A DNA stretch of 64,000 bases from Raillietiella orientalis. Lineage: Eukaryota. Numbering within the stretch: the stretch's first letter is position 1; each line of letters starts with the position of its first letter. Under the pieces are notes generated by a model. The model made no database searches. It worked only from the letters and a program-made list of their open reading frames with translations, and was not told the DNA's origin. The stretch spans positions 806,001 to 870,000 of the forward strand of contig JAYWIR010000013.1 of the NCBI GenBank assembly GCA_036172245.1, written 5' to 3'. The position numbers were made by a program, and so were the translations under genes. This document shows positions 1 to 13,068 of the stretch, piece after piece.

Positions 1-231
1 GAAAGAGATCAGGCAATAAATATAACCGTTTTCTTCATGGTTTGCTATTCCGTTTTTATTGAGCAAAACACACTAAATAATTGTTTTCTAAATCGTATTA
101 CCATTGCTAGCATCCCATATAAGAAATTAAAATGACTTAGCACATCTAATACAATACACATTGGTAGTGAAGCGCCTCATGAGAAATGCTGAGTTTTCAT
201 TACCATTGAACTATGTGAGGAAAAGTGATGC

Positions 232-3200
232 TTAAGAACCATTGAACCTTCTGAGTACTGTCTGCTGATAAATGATACATGAGTCACTCAGACTATGAAC
301 AATCTGAAAGGGCATGGGTTGAGGAGAAAGTCTTCCACAGATTAAACTCGTATGCTTCCCTCTCTTCGGCCTTGTGGTTGTGTTTGTGGTTGGAGATACT
401 GAACAATCACATTCTTCTTCTGTGTATGAATCATCACTAATTTCCATTGAAAACTTAACATTATTAGATCCCAGATCTTCCTCTGGTATCGTCCTGTAAT
501 TAAGAAATCATGGATTTAGGGAAAACAAATGACCATGCCACCTTGTAAAAGTATCTTCACTAGGGTCTGTCATGACACTAGCTAGATCCTCCAGAGAGGC
601 ACATAGATTTTCAGAGTTCCGATGAAGACGACGCTGGATCAGACCTTCCATTAGCTGGAAATCTGTGGTTTCAGCAGATTTCAGCAGCCGACTTTCTAAT
701 CGGTGGATAATTTCCGGGCTGGGGAACTTGGGAAAAGGATGCTGCTGCTGATTCATCACAATGGCAGAAGTGCAGGAAATGAACTGTTAACCGGAACAAC
801 AGAACTAAAAACCTTCAATTGCTGCTGCAAAGGTTGATGAAATTGCATCAAACAAAAGGACTCCAATTCATCAGTGATGCTGGTGTACTCGGACCGTAGG
901 TGAATAGGAGTGCTTCTTGGAGCAAATACCTACATAGAGACATGATGCACAGTAAAGAGGAAAATTGAAACTGTTACAAAATGAAAGCAACCTATCAACA
1001 AGAACTAAAAGACAGAACCTGAATAGCGGGGATAACCGAATTGGAAGAATCAGATGAAAGATTAGAAGAGGCCACCTCTCCCATCCAGCCTGAGACTAAC
1101 TTATTAAAGTTGGGGACAGCAAACCGGTTCTGCAAAAGTACCCAAGTAAATACAAGGTGTTAAGAATGAAGAAAGGACTAGAGGAACCCAACACTGAAGC
1201 ATTACTCACCAAGGCTGAGTGATTACGGCGCATATTATACCGAGGGACAACACCAGTCACAGAGGGCCACTTAATGGGATGGTCAAAACTTGAAACTGCT
1301 ATTTGTATCAATGTAAAATGAAACAGCTTCCATCTAATTGGGTTTGTAAACACTTACAGCTGATCTTGGAAACAGGATGGTGCTTCCGCCATTCCACATT
1401 TGAGTTGCAACTTGATGAATCATGACATTTTGAAATTGGTACTGAAGCATCCACATCACTAGGCATGTTAGAATCTGAAGCCCCTAATTTGGAAATGTTT
1501 GCATAACAGTCATCTTTCTGCTGAGTCAAAACACTAGGAGCAGTCACTGTATGGGGCAAATGAGATTTCTGATAAGTTGATGTACTGGGAGGATGAAGAT
1601 TTTGCAGTAATTGATATATTTGTGTCTCAGTTTGCTCCAGCTGCGATAACCGAAACTCTAGATTCTGAGCAGTTGCTCGATTCATCTTATCCTTGAAATA
1701 AAAATCATCCAATCTCTGATGGATGCTATCAACAAGATCCAAGGTAGTCTGCACACGTTGTTCCATCGATGCCAATCTTTTTTCTTCTTGCTCGCCGAAA
1801 TAGCCTTCCACACATTCTTCTTCAAAGTCATGGATTTCTTCTAGAGCTTCTCCTTCTAAAAACAGTTTTAATCCAAAATCGTAAGTGGTCTCTCGTCTCT
1901 TGCATCGCTTCCAGATATATTTATATAAAATAAACATGTGGCTGAAAATGATGAGGGGAGGGGGTAGAAATGGTTTCTGCTCATATTCCATAACAACCAT
2001 GAAACGTTGAAACATCCATACTTGATGAGAGATGGAATTCACTTCCTGAAAAAGACAGAACATTCATGTTGGGAAAAGAAAATTATCAAAAACAGTAAGT
2101 CTAAGAACATGTCTAAATTATCGAAAACAGTGTACTCAATTGACTGTTTTAAAGTTTTTCCCAAGAATGCTTTGCCAAATTTCACTTCCACTCATACATT
2201 AGCCAATGTTGTGTTAATAATGTGTTTACATTCATGTTCAAAACTGAGGAATCCAATCAATTTCATAATTGTCCTGAGGTATTCTTTGGTCTAGTTATTG
2301 CAACCAATAAGTTTCTTTTATAATTTTACACATTCATGTCCTTTCCTGAACAACTACCATTGCTCACTCTTATATCATCAAAGAAAACTTAAAGAGATAC
2401 TCTAATTCACCAGGCAAAAGGTCATAACAGTTGACTACAGTTCCACTGACTGAAATTTTCGCACATTCAATAGCACGCATTCATTTGATCTCACTTCTAA
2501 CTGAATTTTCATAACCTTCTCAGGGTTCAGAACACAAATACCCATGTCTGAGGCAATAAATCACATATTCTATTAATATGGAGTTTTGCAAATGGTTTGT
2601 TCTCGATCGTCATTACTGTTTTGTCGTAAATGTTTCTAAAACTTCTGAACATCCTATTCTCATGTCTGCTCATATTTGGAGACCTTATTTTTCAAAAACC
2701 TGTGTTTAATGGCACTTCTGAGAATGCATCGAAATGCACACAAAACAATCAGCAACCATGGTACACTTCGAACATACAAAATACAAGAAAAGGAATCTTT
2801 TTCAAAGATCTTCACGAATCAAAGACAAATTCATTTAAATCGTAGCAAACATGAATTTCTCACAATTACAAGGAGTGCTAACTATGCATTTAAAGCAGCT
2901 TGAGACTGGACAGGAAACAATGCCGTAATTCCATCATGTAACATAAAATAAAGAGAACAATTTAAAAAAAATCAATCCTTTCTTATTTAGTCCTATGTGA
3001 TAAAGCATGGTAATTATACTGTGCAATAGAACGATGAAAATTCATTTCTTATTTCAACTTTGAACTTTGATTCTCTGTTCAAAATACACACTTCACACAT
3101 GCCTATGTTCCAACAGAGTTAATTCACAGATACTATTTTATTTTATTTGTTTTACAATTTTCACCAGCATGTCTTTGTTTCCAATCCTGAGTTCCATGGA

Positions 3201-6200
3201 TCCTGACTGGAAGACTTTATTTCTATTTCTTTAATCTTAGCCAGTAGATACGGAATTCATCCAAGCATTTCTTGTACATGTTTTCCATGGTAATTTTGAA
3301 GGCACACGTAAATTCCGCCAAATTAAATTGTCTGAGAATCCACCTTAGCCTACACGCTTTTAGTCCAGTAACGCCCATGCTCTCCTCTGTCTGAACCTAG
3401 AAGTTCTCGTGTATGATATCTGATTGATTTCATCATTCTTAAGACCCCAGAAAATGAACTGTTGGCTTTATTTTTTCGGCAATAACATCCTTGTTCTTAC
3501 CTAAACGGTTTACAATGAACTTTGAGGTTTCAGGTAAAGGAAATTACTTGAGTTCACTATAGAAACCAACAAAAGAACAGACTTCAGTAACAAGCAAATA
3601 CTCAAACAGTATAGTGGGGAATGACTTTTAGTATATGACAGCTAGGTGTTGGTTCAACAAGCATAACGTCAAATGTTTATTTTTCTTAAAACTTCTCTAT
3701 TTTCATTCTTAGGTTCACTAGGTTTTCCTTTGGAGGAGAGGCAGTAAGCAGTGAAATCAACTACCGGAAATCAGAATGAGCATTGAAAGCTTCTGCTAAC
3801 AAATCAAGCAAAAATAGCAGGATGCGAACTTAAATCCCAATTTTGTTGTTTCTGCTCGATCATTTTGAAATTCTATACCTGTGAATAGAAATAGAGCACT
3901 TATTAATATGTTCCATGTTTAAAAGTTTTCATAGGATGCAGGAAGTTTTTTCCATATACACTTCAATTCGACAGTGCAAAATTCTTTCTGTAAGCATGTT
4001 CACCATGGTTAACTTTAATTCACTCTTCATCTCTCATTCCAAATTTCTATAATATCCAGATCTATCTTCACTTGTCACCATTTCAAAATTCCAATTATCT
4101 TACTCTTGGTAAAGGTACATTTACTTTGTTTCCATTTTTAGTTTTAGTTGACCTGTCTGGAGAGGAAAAAGCTGTAAGGCAAGTTTGCATTTATTTAAGG
4201 CTTTTTGGTTTGTCTGTCTTTGTGCTGAGTGCTTTCATTTCTATGCTCTCTTCTTGTTGATACTAATTGCACATTTGATACAAGAGACTGTAACACAGAA
4301 TCATGCAGAAAAAGCACAAATAAATGTCTTTTACACATATTAGCCAAAATTGAGTGTAGTGTAGCAATACAAAACTGAGATTAAAACCACATATGTCAAT
4401 ATGAAATAAAAAGCTATAAAAACATTGATACTAAGTAAACTATTATACAACTGTAATATGCATAATTAAATTATTTGAACATTATCATAAAAATCACAAT
4501 ACATAAAATTTTGTTATTACATGGAAGATGTTGTTGAATACAGCAATAAGCAGATTAATAAGCAATATGTTGGCCACAAGAAGATAAACTGACATGATAG
4601 CAGGAGTAATCCAGAAGCCTGGATAACAAGGAAAATCCTCAGTACCACATTTGGGTTCAATCTTCTCAGCATACACTTCACCATACAGCATAAAATAGGG
4701 TTCAAGGAACACATCCTTCACAATATGCCAACTAAAAGTCTCATCAGGATGTAAAATAGATTGCCGTGCTACACCGAAGCTCATGAGAACAATGAGCAGC
4801 AGCAGTACAAAATACATCATGTTGACAACCATCTTGCCAATCATCATCACAAATGGGCCCAGGTACTTGTTGACACTAAGGATATCTAGGATCCGCAAAT
4901 ACCAATACATGATATTTAGGCACCACACCAGACGTCCAGTATAAAGTGTACTGGGATTAAGGCGCACACCCAGTCCAATCAAAAAGCTGAGAATAGCAAA
5001 CAGATCACAAACATTCCACTTTCGTTCCAGCCATACTTTAGCCTTATGCCTGAAAAGTAAACATTGTATCTAAGCAATGAATCCGCACATTATCAAACCT
5101 GAATACAACTGGTTCAGAACACAACAGCTCTCTTACTTTTTCCCAAGCTGAAGTTATAATGAAAACAATAACATACATTTCCTGCCATGAAGGTTGAACA
5201 TCCATTTTTACTAATAATACATATGTATAAATTGTCAGAAAGATTGCATATGAGATCTAGTACGAAACATAAGCATGAACAGATATGATTTTCTACATAC
5301 CGAGTAGGACCAAAACTTAGTTACAGGTGCTGTGTAAAACTCATAAATTTTCTTTGAAGGTTTGAGTGGCTGTGATTTCTGAACCTCTGTAAACTCCTTG
5401 GGCATTTGGGAAAAGTTATTATACACATTCCCATTTGTCTTATCATGATTAAAAAGATTGGAGCGACTGCTAGCCCGTTTTCCATCCAGAAGACTCAAGT
5501 GGGACATGTTCCACATAAGCTGCCAAAAGACTGAGACACCTGGCAGAAAACTGCATACCTCTGGAGGTTCAGAAGTTGAGCTGGCATCCCCTGCTAATTC
5601 TCCATGTTCTTCTTCTGTCTGTGGCATCAAAATAAGTTCTTCTTGAGTGCGAAAATCGAGATAAAACAAAGCAGGAGGAAAAAGCAAACTGAGAACTAAT
5701 TTAAGATTGGTATTCTTCCTAGTGCGGATGCCGCCCATCCAAAGATCAGCTAACAGAATCTGCGAACATGGATGAGCCAACATAGCTCGATGATTTGCTG
5801 CTACTGCCAGACTAAGACATGTCTGCTTACTAAAATCTGTGAGCTCATAGGTGAGCAGCCTCTGAGCCAGGTCATCATCCTGCCTGTAACAGTAATCCAG
5901 CAGATCCAGTGCTGTCATCTACTCAAGCTGTCTGCCACAAGCACATCACTCACCCAGCTGCTCAAACTCCTTTCCATAAGATTTGAGTTCCTCATAAATT
6001 TCAGCCTCCAAATCATCATCTGCAGCTTCATGGGCCATTGCTTTATATAGCTTGGTTGCTACCAATGCCTTGGCTATGGCTTCCTCACCATGTTGCCACA
6101 TTAACTTAGCCATTGCTTGACGTTTTGTCAGCACAGCCCATATCTTTGGGAATGATGAGAGTAACAGTAACTCTCTTTTGACTAACCTGGAGATCATTGA

Positions 6201-8365
6201 AGGGATATGAAAATATTGCTGATTCTTCTTGCAGTGAAGAATTTTTATGTCGTGTGCCAAAAACCAACCGAGCCACTGAAGTTTGAGTACGAAACAGAAG
6301 ATTGGGCTTGCGCATCACCTTCATGTACAACTGTCGAAAAGGTCGACGGGAATATCGTGATCTAGGAACGATGTTTTTTCTCTGAATGCATAAATGATGT
6401 AAAGTTTACCTATATGCTCCGCCCATGAGCTTATTAATGACTAGTCCAATATCAATCAAAGTTATTCTATAGGGAAGTAAGGGATTGTTGCAAACATCTT
6501 GCACTAGGTGCATAAGTGTGTTGCAAGGACCTGGCTACAAAGCAGCCTGATGATGCTGGATCATCCACAATTGCATTAATACTTACTGCATTATATAATT
6601 CCTCTAAACGAGCAATTGTAAGAAAAGTATTCATGCACACACCATGTTCCAGGAGCAATTTGACAAAATCAGTGCGATTCAGAACTAGCGCATCCATCAT
6701 AGCATCTTCCAGATCAGCTAGATAATTCAATGAGATAGGGTATTCTCAGCATCAGTTATCCACCTCGTTTCCACTCTACACCACAAGTGAAAATTTCAGA
6801 ACGTGCAATATCCACACGATTCCATGAAATAGCCAGGGAAAGCTGCTCTTGGGGTGTAAGATGTTTAGTCTTCAACAGAGCTCTAATGAGTGCTTGGTCT
6901 AGTTCTGTGCAATCAGCATCTCCAAGTCTAAACACAGTGATCTGCATATAATTGTTGATATTCATTATAAATTAAGAATCATAACAGCACCATGTCTTTT
7001 CTTTTGCCACATTCCAAAAGCTCAATTAAAACATGCTTTGTATGCTCTGAAGAGATTTCAAATACTTCTTTGATGGTTACCTGCAACTGCTCCTGAATAC
7101 TCTGCATTAGTGCATGCTCACAATGAGCATATCTGTGAAATAGTTTGTTAGAAGCGCAAAATACAGAAGACATAAACAAACTTATGAATAAATGCCAGCA
7201 AATCAGCAGCTCTGCCAGATCCATCCAGTACCACAACTGGAACAGGTGGACTATCAGTCACACATTCCAGTACCTGGCGTATTATATTGGGTCCACCTTC
7301 TACCACCACACATACAATAGGAATGTTACATTTCTTTTCTAAATGAATATTTTAGCAAACAAGAGACAACATTTTGGTAATACTCACGACACTGGATCTG
7401 TTGTGTAGCAATATAATTTTCTAATTTCTTGCGAAAAGCAATCTGAGCTCCATATTTACCATCAGTTCCATTATCCACCAGCAAAAAGTATGAATGACGA
7501 TTATTTAGGGATACAAATTTGGATGTTACATTATTCAAAGAGTGATACGGAATATCTCTGTTAGTAGCAATTAACTGTTCCCTATTCTCAACAACACCCC
7601 ATGGGGCAATAGCAATACACACAATCCTCCGCTGATGAAGTAAGGAGCGCTTTTCCATAGCCAAAGCTTCTCCCACAGCTTTTGCTACACCTAAAAATTC
7701 TGGCATGGTCTACGTAAAACTCCAAAATTTGGGCTGACCTGAATTAAGACCTGTAGTGATGATCCACGCTCCAGAAGTTCTTGCTGCCTTCAAAAGACCT
7801 CGTCTAAACACAGAGCGCAATTTGGGTTGTAAATAAAAGTTCTGCTTTCCTCCTTGCACTGATATAACCATCTTAGGAGGGTCTAAACCCCACTCTCGTA
7901 GCAAAAGCTCCACAACATGCTCTGGTTTCGTATCATAGGCTAATCGGATGTACTGGTATACGCATTAACAAATAAAATAATTCCTTTGCATCATACTTGA
8001 GCTTTAGTAGGATGAGCTGAACCCTGGAATTCAATTACTCCATAAGCATCGGTGGGCAAAGCCACTGTGTGCCTAGTTGGATTCCAATGGGAATTTACGT
8101 CTTTATCTTGCAATTTGGGTGAAGAGCTGTTGCTCCCAGCATTCACTTGATTGAGCAAATTCGTGGGATGACAAGATAAATCTAAGCCACAGGAACATCT
8201 ACGAAAAAAACATGTGTACAGATAGAGAGAGGGGGAGAAGGTGAGAAAACAGCACTTAGATTCATCATGTGGGCTTGGTATGATACAGCAGCATTCCCGC
8301 TTTTTGAAAGTGCTCTCAGCCCAAGAAGATACACTGGCCATGCGGATATTTCCTTGACAAGTCAT
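232..8365 (-). CDS. Trpm: TRPM (melastatin) cation channel, TRPM1/3-like arthropod type; multi-exon; no alpha-kinase or NUDT9-H tail seen
   Basis: Spliced translation gives [108 protein letters not shown]4-S6 ([34 protein letters not shown]), TRP helix VWMFQRF, a coiled coil and [10 protein letters not shown]. Introns are GT-AG, mostly ~45-60 nt, plus one of 2.5 kb (2046-4520). The start may be 8365 or the second Met (~8341); C-terminal exon boundaries are less certain. Confidence 0.95.
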
Positions 8366-8848
8366 GATTCAATCACATGATGGTAACACTGCCTGCTGCA
8401 CAGGCCGTACTAACAAAGGATACATCAAGCACATTATTAGGCACAAACATTCATCAGCACAGTGTTACAAGAACACCTGGTGGTACCTCCCTGGGCTGCC
8501 CAGCATACCACCTATTCATTGTAAACTAAAGCACTCATAAAACTGTATGCTTTATATTTATATCTGACCACATCTCAGCTTGCAGTAATGAGGGCAACAG
8601 AAGCTGTGGGGATATGTGCCTCTGGCAATGTCCTCCCAGCACAGTTGGGCACACACCAACCAATACATACACTGAGCATAAGAACAGGGCCTGCTGCACA
8701 ATACCACTCAAGATTTATGAATTTATGATTTTAAGATATAGATCACAGGCAGCTACCCAAAAGCACCCAAATTCCTTGGGGAACAGGGTTTTAAATAAAT
8801 GTAAATTAAATGATTGAGATAGTACTCTAACACTGGCTGTGTTTTAGT

Positions 8849-11800
8849 TCATTTTCTTCGACTATTTTTTTTCTTCCTGCGTCGAAAAAAGCAGCAGCAT
8901 CTGGATATCAAACTGATGATGCGACTAATGATAAGTATCTTTGGACTCACTTGGATTCACTCATGACCTCTGCATCAGTGTGCACAGCAATAGGGGTATT
9001 GGAATGACCAGCAGTGGGGTCATCCTGTCCAAGTTCACCATTATTAGAACTAACTACCTATTCAATCAAATTTATAACATTAACACATCAGCATTCTTTG
9101 TTACCTGCACAGAACCACGCCTATCAGCCACAGTGAGATTACTAACCAGCAAATTGCTGGGAACTCGCTGAGCAGGACCCCATACAGGTACCAAGTTTCC
9201 CTAGAGAAAAAAAAAAATCTGTAAAGTGTAGATCTGAACCTATTAAAATGAAAATAACGAATCAAAATTTTATTTCTCCTATACTCTTTTCCTAATTGAA
9301 GAAATACTCATCCTACCATCAAAATTTGACTCTTCATGAACTCACTTCCATAAGAAATACTATAATCACTGATAGAAACTGACAGAAAAACCAAAAAAAA
9401 TTCCAGAGAGGTGCTCTTTTTCTTTATTTTCAAAATGTTACAGAGTTACTTGGAGTAACTAAAGAAAATTTTCTAAAAGTTTCATTTAGGCAAACACTAC
9501 ACATACAAAACTTGGATACATCAATTGCAAAAACAACTCAGCTTTGAATGAATAAATTGATGTCTATTGGAAATATCTACTGAGTAAGTGTTCCTTTGAA
9601 AAAAAAAATAGCACTCCACAGGAATTGTAATAAGCAAAGTTTACAAGCAGACTCAAATATTTCTAAAATCCTTCGCAATCACTTTTGATCTAAGCTTGTG
9701 TATAAATATTTACGTCAGAAGCAAAAAAAAGAGAACCTTCCAAGTGAAAACTCCTAGAATAACTATCATAGACTTTAATAAAACTACATTTCAAAGAAAT
9801 AAGCGATTCTGATAATGACACCGAAATTCACATAAGTAAAATACCACACATATAAAGCTGACAGAATATGAGTGACCAGAAAGTTAATTTCCTTGCTTCC
9901 AAAATTCATAATACTAAAACCAACTTACTGCTTTTCAATCTACCTCATACAAAACAGACACGATGCATAATCTAAGGAACCTAAACAAATTCAAGAATTA
10001 CTTTCCACATATCTGCATTTGAAATCAGAAGATAATTAGCATTACTGAAACCAACAAAAACAGAAAAAAACTTGCTAGCAAAGTCATGCCTTGCTAAATA
10101 TTTAAGAAATACCAAAGATTACTATACTGAAGTAGACAGAAGCTCAATAAAGTGCAAGAAAAAATAGTATTTAGAATTAACTTCCTTAAATTGGCAGAAT
10201 CTTTTCCATAATGACAAAGAGAAAAAAAAACAGACGCACACCACGAAGAAACAAGACATCAATGTACAAAAAAATAAAAAAGAAGCAAACACAGCAAACA
10301 CAGATCTAAAATCACAAAAATGTGGAATTCACGAACAATCATGAATGTAACATTCAAATCTAACTCTATAAGGTGGCATTGCAGCTTGCCTAATCTCATC
10401 TTAATATTATCACAAACATTGATAACAGAAGTGATGCAGAGAGACACTAATCTGGAGCACAAATCCTTCACTATATATGAAGCTGAAGCAATGATTCATT
10501 TTAGGTAAACTGAAGTAATACTTTCTCAGAAATGGTCAAATAAGAGAAGAGAAACAAATGTGACTATATTAAAAAGAATGCTATCATTTTCCTAAGTAAA
10601 AAAAGTTGCAACAGATGTAAATTTAACCCTTTATGGAACTGGGTAAAATTGTAAATTTAAAGGTTTAAGCACAATACTACATGCACAGCAAACAGGAATA
10701 CGTGTTTCTTAGCTTGAAAAACCGATAAAAGAGTTATGGATATGCTTGTAATTGGTTTGAAAAAATGCCAAAATAGAACAAAAAGTTAAGAAACAAACAA
10801 AGCACATAAAACTTTCAATTTCTTGTCAAACAAGTAAGAATTAGACTTTAATGATGCAAAGTGCATTTTGGCTGGAAATGTTGAAAAATCCAAGTTTAAA
10901 AAGTTTTAACGAAATGAAACAACAAATGCAATGATAGTAATAAAAAAAATACTATGACAGAAAGGGACATATGAGATTCCAAAGATTCGAACAAAAGCCT
11001 AAGACAGAAATATTTGCATAAACAACTAGAAATCACGAAATAAATGCTCTTGAATTTTGAAAACATTAATGTAAAATGAGCACTGATATGCTGAACATGG
11101 CCACCTTAAACTATAAATTTTAAATAATTTGATAGTAGCAACATAGTAAAGAAAATGATGAAATAAAAGAGGTATTTGTTGTTCCTCCATTTCAAAGGGG
11201 AAGAAAAAACATTCCAAAGAGTTGTTGTCAATACTGCAAATCTGTTTAAAAAGAGCATTTCAGGTCAACTTAATAGAATCTTGACAGAAAGTTGTCCATA
11301 TTAATAACTGATCTTTCATCTTGAAAAAAACATTAGCAATAGTATGACATAAGCTTCTTATTAGCATTCAACACATAAGAACTTCGAACTCATTCAATTC
11401 AGTTCTTTATTCCTACCCGATTTGCAGGATGTCTGTCCCTATGAGGAGAGTAAACAACCTCTGGAACTGTGGAAGCACTTCCTGCTGGAGTTGACTGAAA
11501 CATGTACTTATTAACAAAGTTCATGAAAACCACAGATCTGTTTACATTAAAAATCAGCACTTCATCTAACATATTCGTTCCTCTAAATTGTGCACAGTTT
11601 AATGTAAAAAATACCACTGCTCACAGAATTCTTTCCAGTCCAATCAAAATCTGCATCCCAAGAATACCCCTTGCGGTCATATAAATCTTGAAACATTTTG
11701 CGTATGTCATCATAATTGGGGGTTTCAAAGAAGTCCAAATGTCGCACATAATGCAAGTAACTGGCAAACTCCTCTGTTTACATACTGCTTTAACCATACA

Positions 11801-13068
11801 TATTCCTTTTGTCCTACCAGGATGATTCTCACAAAGCACTTCAATAGATGTTGCCCTTTTGGTATCGCCAATTTTTTGGTATCGCTCCTTTAAGGTATCA
11901 GCCTTTAAACCCTGCCAAGGCAAACTACCACGCAGAAAATACATAAACATATGACCCAAAGCTTCAAGATCATCTCTTCTACTCTGCTCTGTAAGCTTCC
12001 CAATAAGAATAAAAGTAAGGATGGTAAAAATGGGACTCACCTTTGCCCAGATGAGTGTTGATGCTCATGTAGCGAGCTGTTCCAGTAAGACTCTTGTGCT
12101 CCTTATATGGAATATGTCGCTTGGTGTCAGGGTCAATATACTCTTTTGCTAAACCAAAATCTAGAAGAAGATAAGTACAAGGGAACTGAGTGTATCCAAG
12201 GGACGTACCAATGATATGGATAGTCTTTTCTTTTTTGCTAGATGATCGACCTATCAGAAAATTTTCTGGTTTCACATCACGATAAATGAGACATTTGGAA
12301 TGCACATATTCAATCCGATTAAGCTACACAACTGCAAGTCCCATAAGATATTCCTAAAGCACTCACCAGCTGCAACACAATCTGGAGAACTGTCTTTAAA
12401 GTAAATTTGCGACCACATTGATCAAACAAATCTTCCAAACTGGGCCCTAACAATTCCATGACTAAAGCATTGTATTTTCCACATGGACCATAAAAGAAAA
12501 CTTCCGGAATACCCTCTATATTGAGTTAATAAAAGTTGCAATAGGCAACATTTACCATGAGATCCAAGCTGCCTATAAAACCGATACTCTAAATGCAGTT
12601 GTGGAGCTTTAGATTTTACTTGTTCCTGAAAACAAATTGCAACAACACTTGATCCCACTGGAAAATATTTTACTTACAAGTTTGATGGCTACGTGTTCAC
12701 CTGTGTACAGATTTTTCCCTAAAACATAAAATTCATCGATACTTTGTGCACATAAAGATAATGATTATACTTGGACAATTTTTATTTGATTACTCTGTGC
12801 TTGGTTATTCAATTGTAAATTCACGAAAATACTAACCCAGCCGCAGTTCACCAAAATTTCCACATCCTATCTTTTTTCCAACTCGAAAATTTGAACCAAC
12901 CATGAATACAGAATTAGGATTAATAGCTCTTCCAATTTGGGCTGCAAATGTATTTCTTCCAGCAGTATTTGAGCGTGCAGTGGCCTTTTTAGCAATTTCT
13001 TCCTTTTCTTCTCGAGATTTATCATGAGCATCTCGAATGTTAGCTTTTGCATGTAGGGTGGAATCCAT
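8849..13068 (-). CDS. gish: Casein kinase I gamma (gilgamesh/CSNK1G)
   Basis: Exons encode [112 protein letters not shown] and the CK1-gamma C-terminus [17 protein letters not shown]. Stop TGA 8849-8851; ATG 13068; large intron 9201-11416. Confidence 0.96.

Noticed and set aside
9201..11416. Suspected microexon in the long gish intron
   Set aside because: The flanking exons (78 nt and 96 nt) join in frame at phase 0, so none is required.
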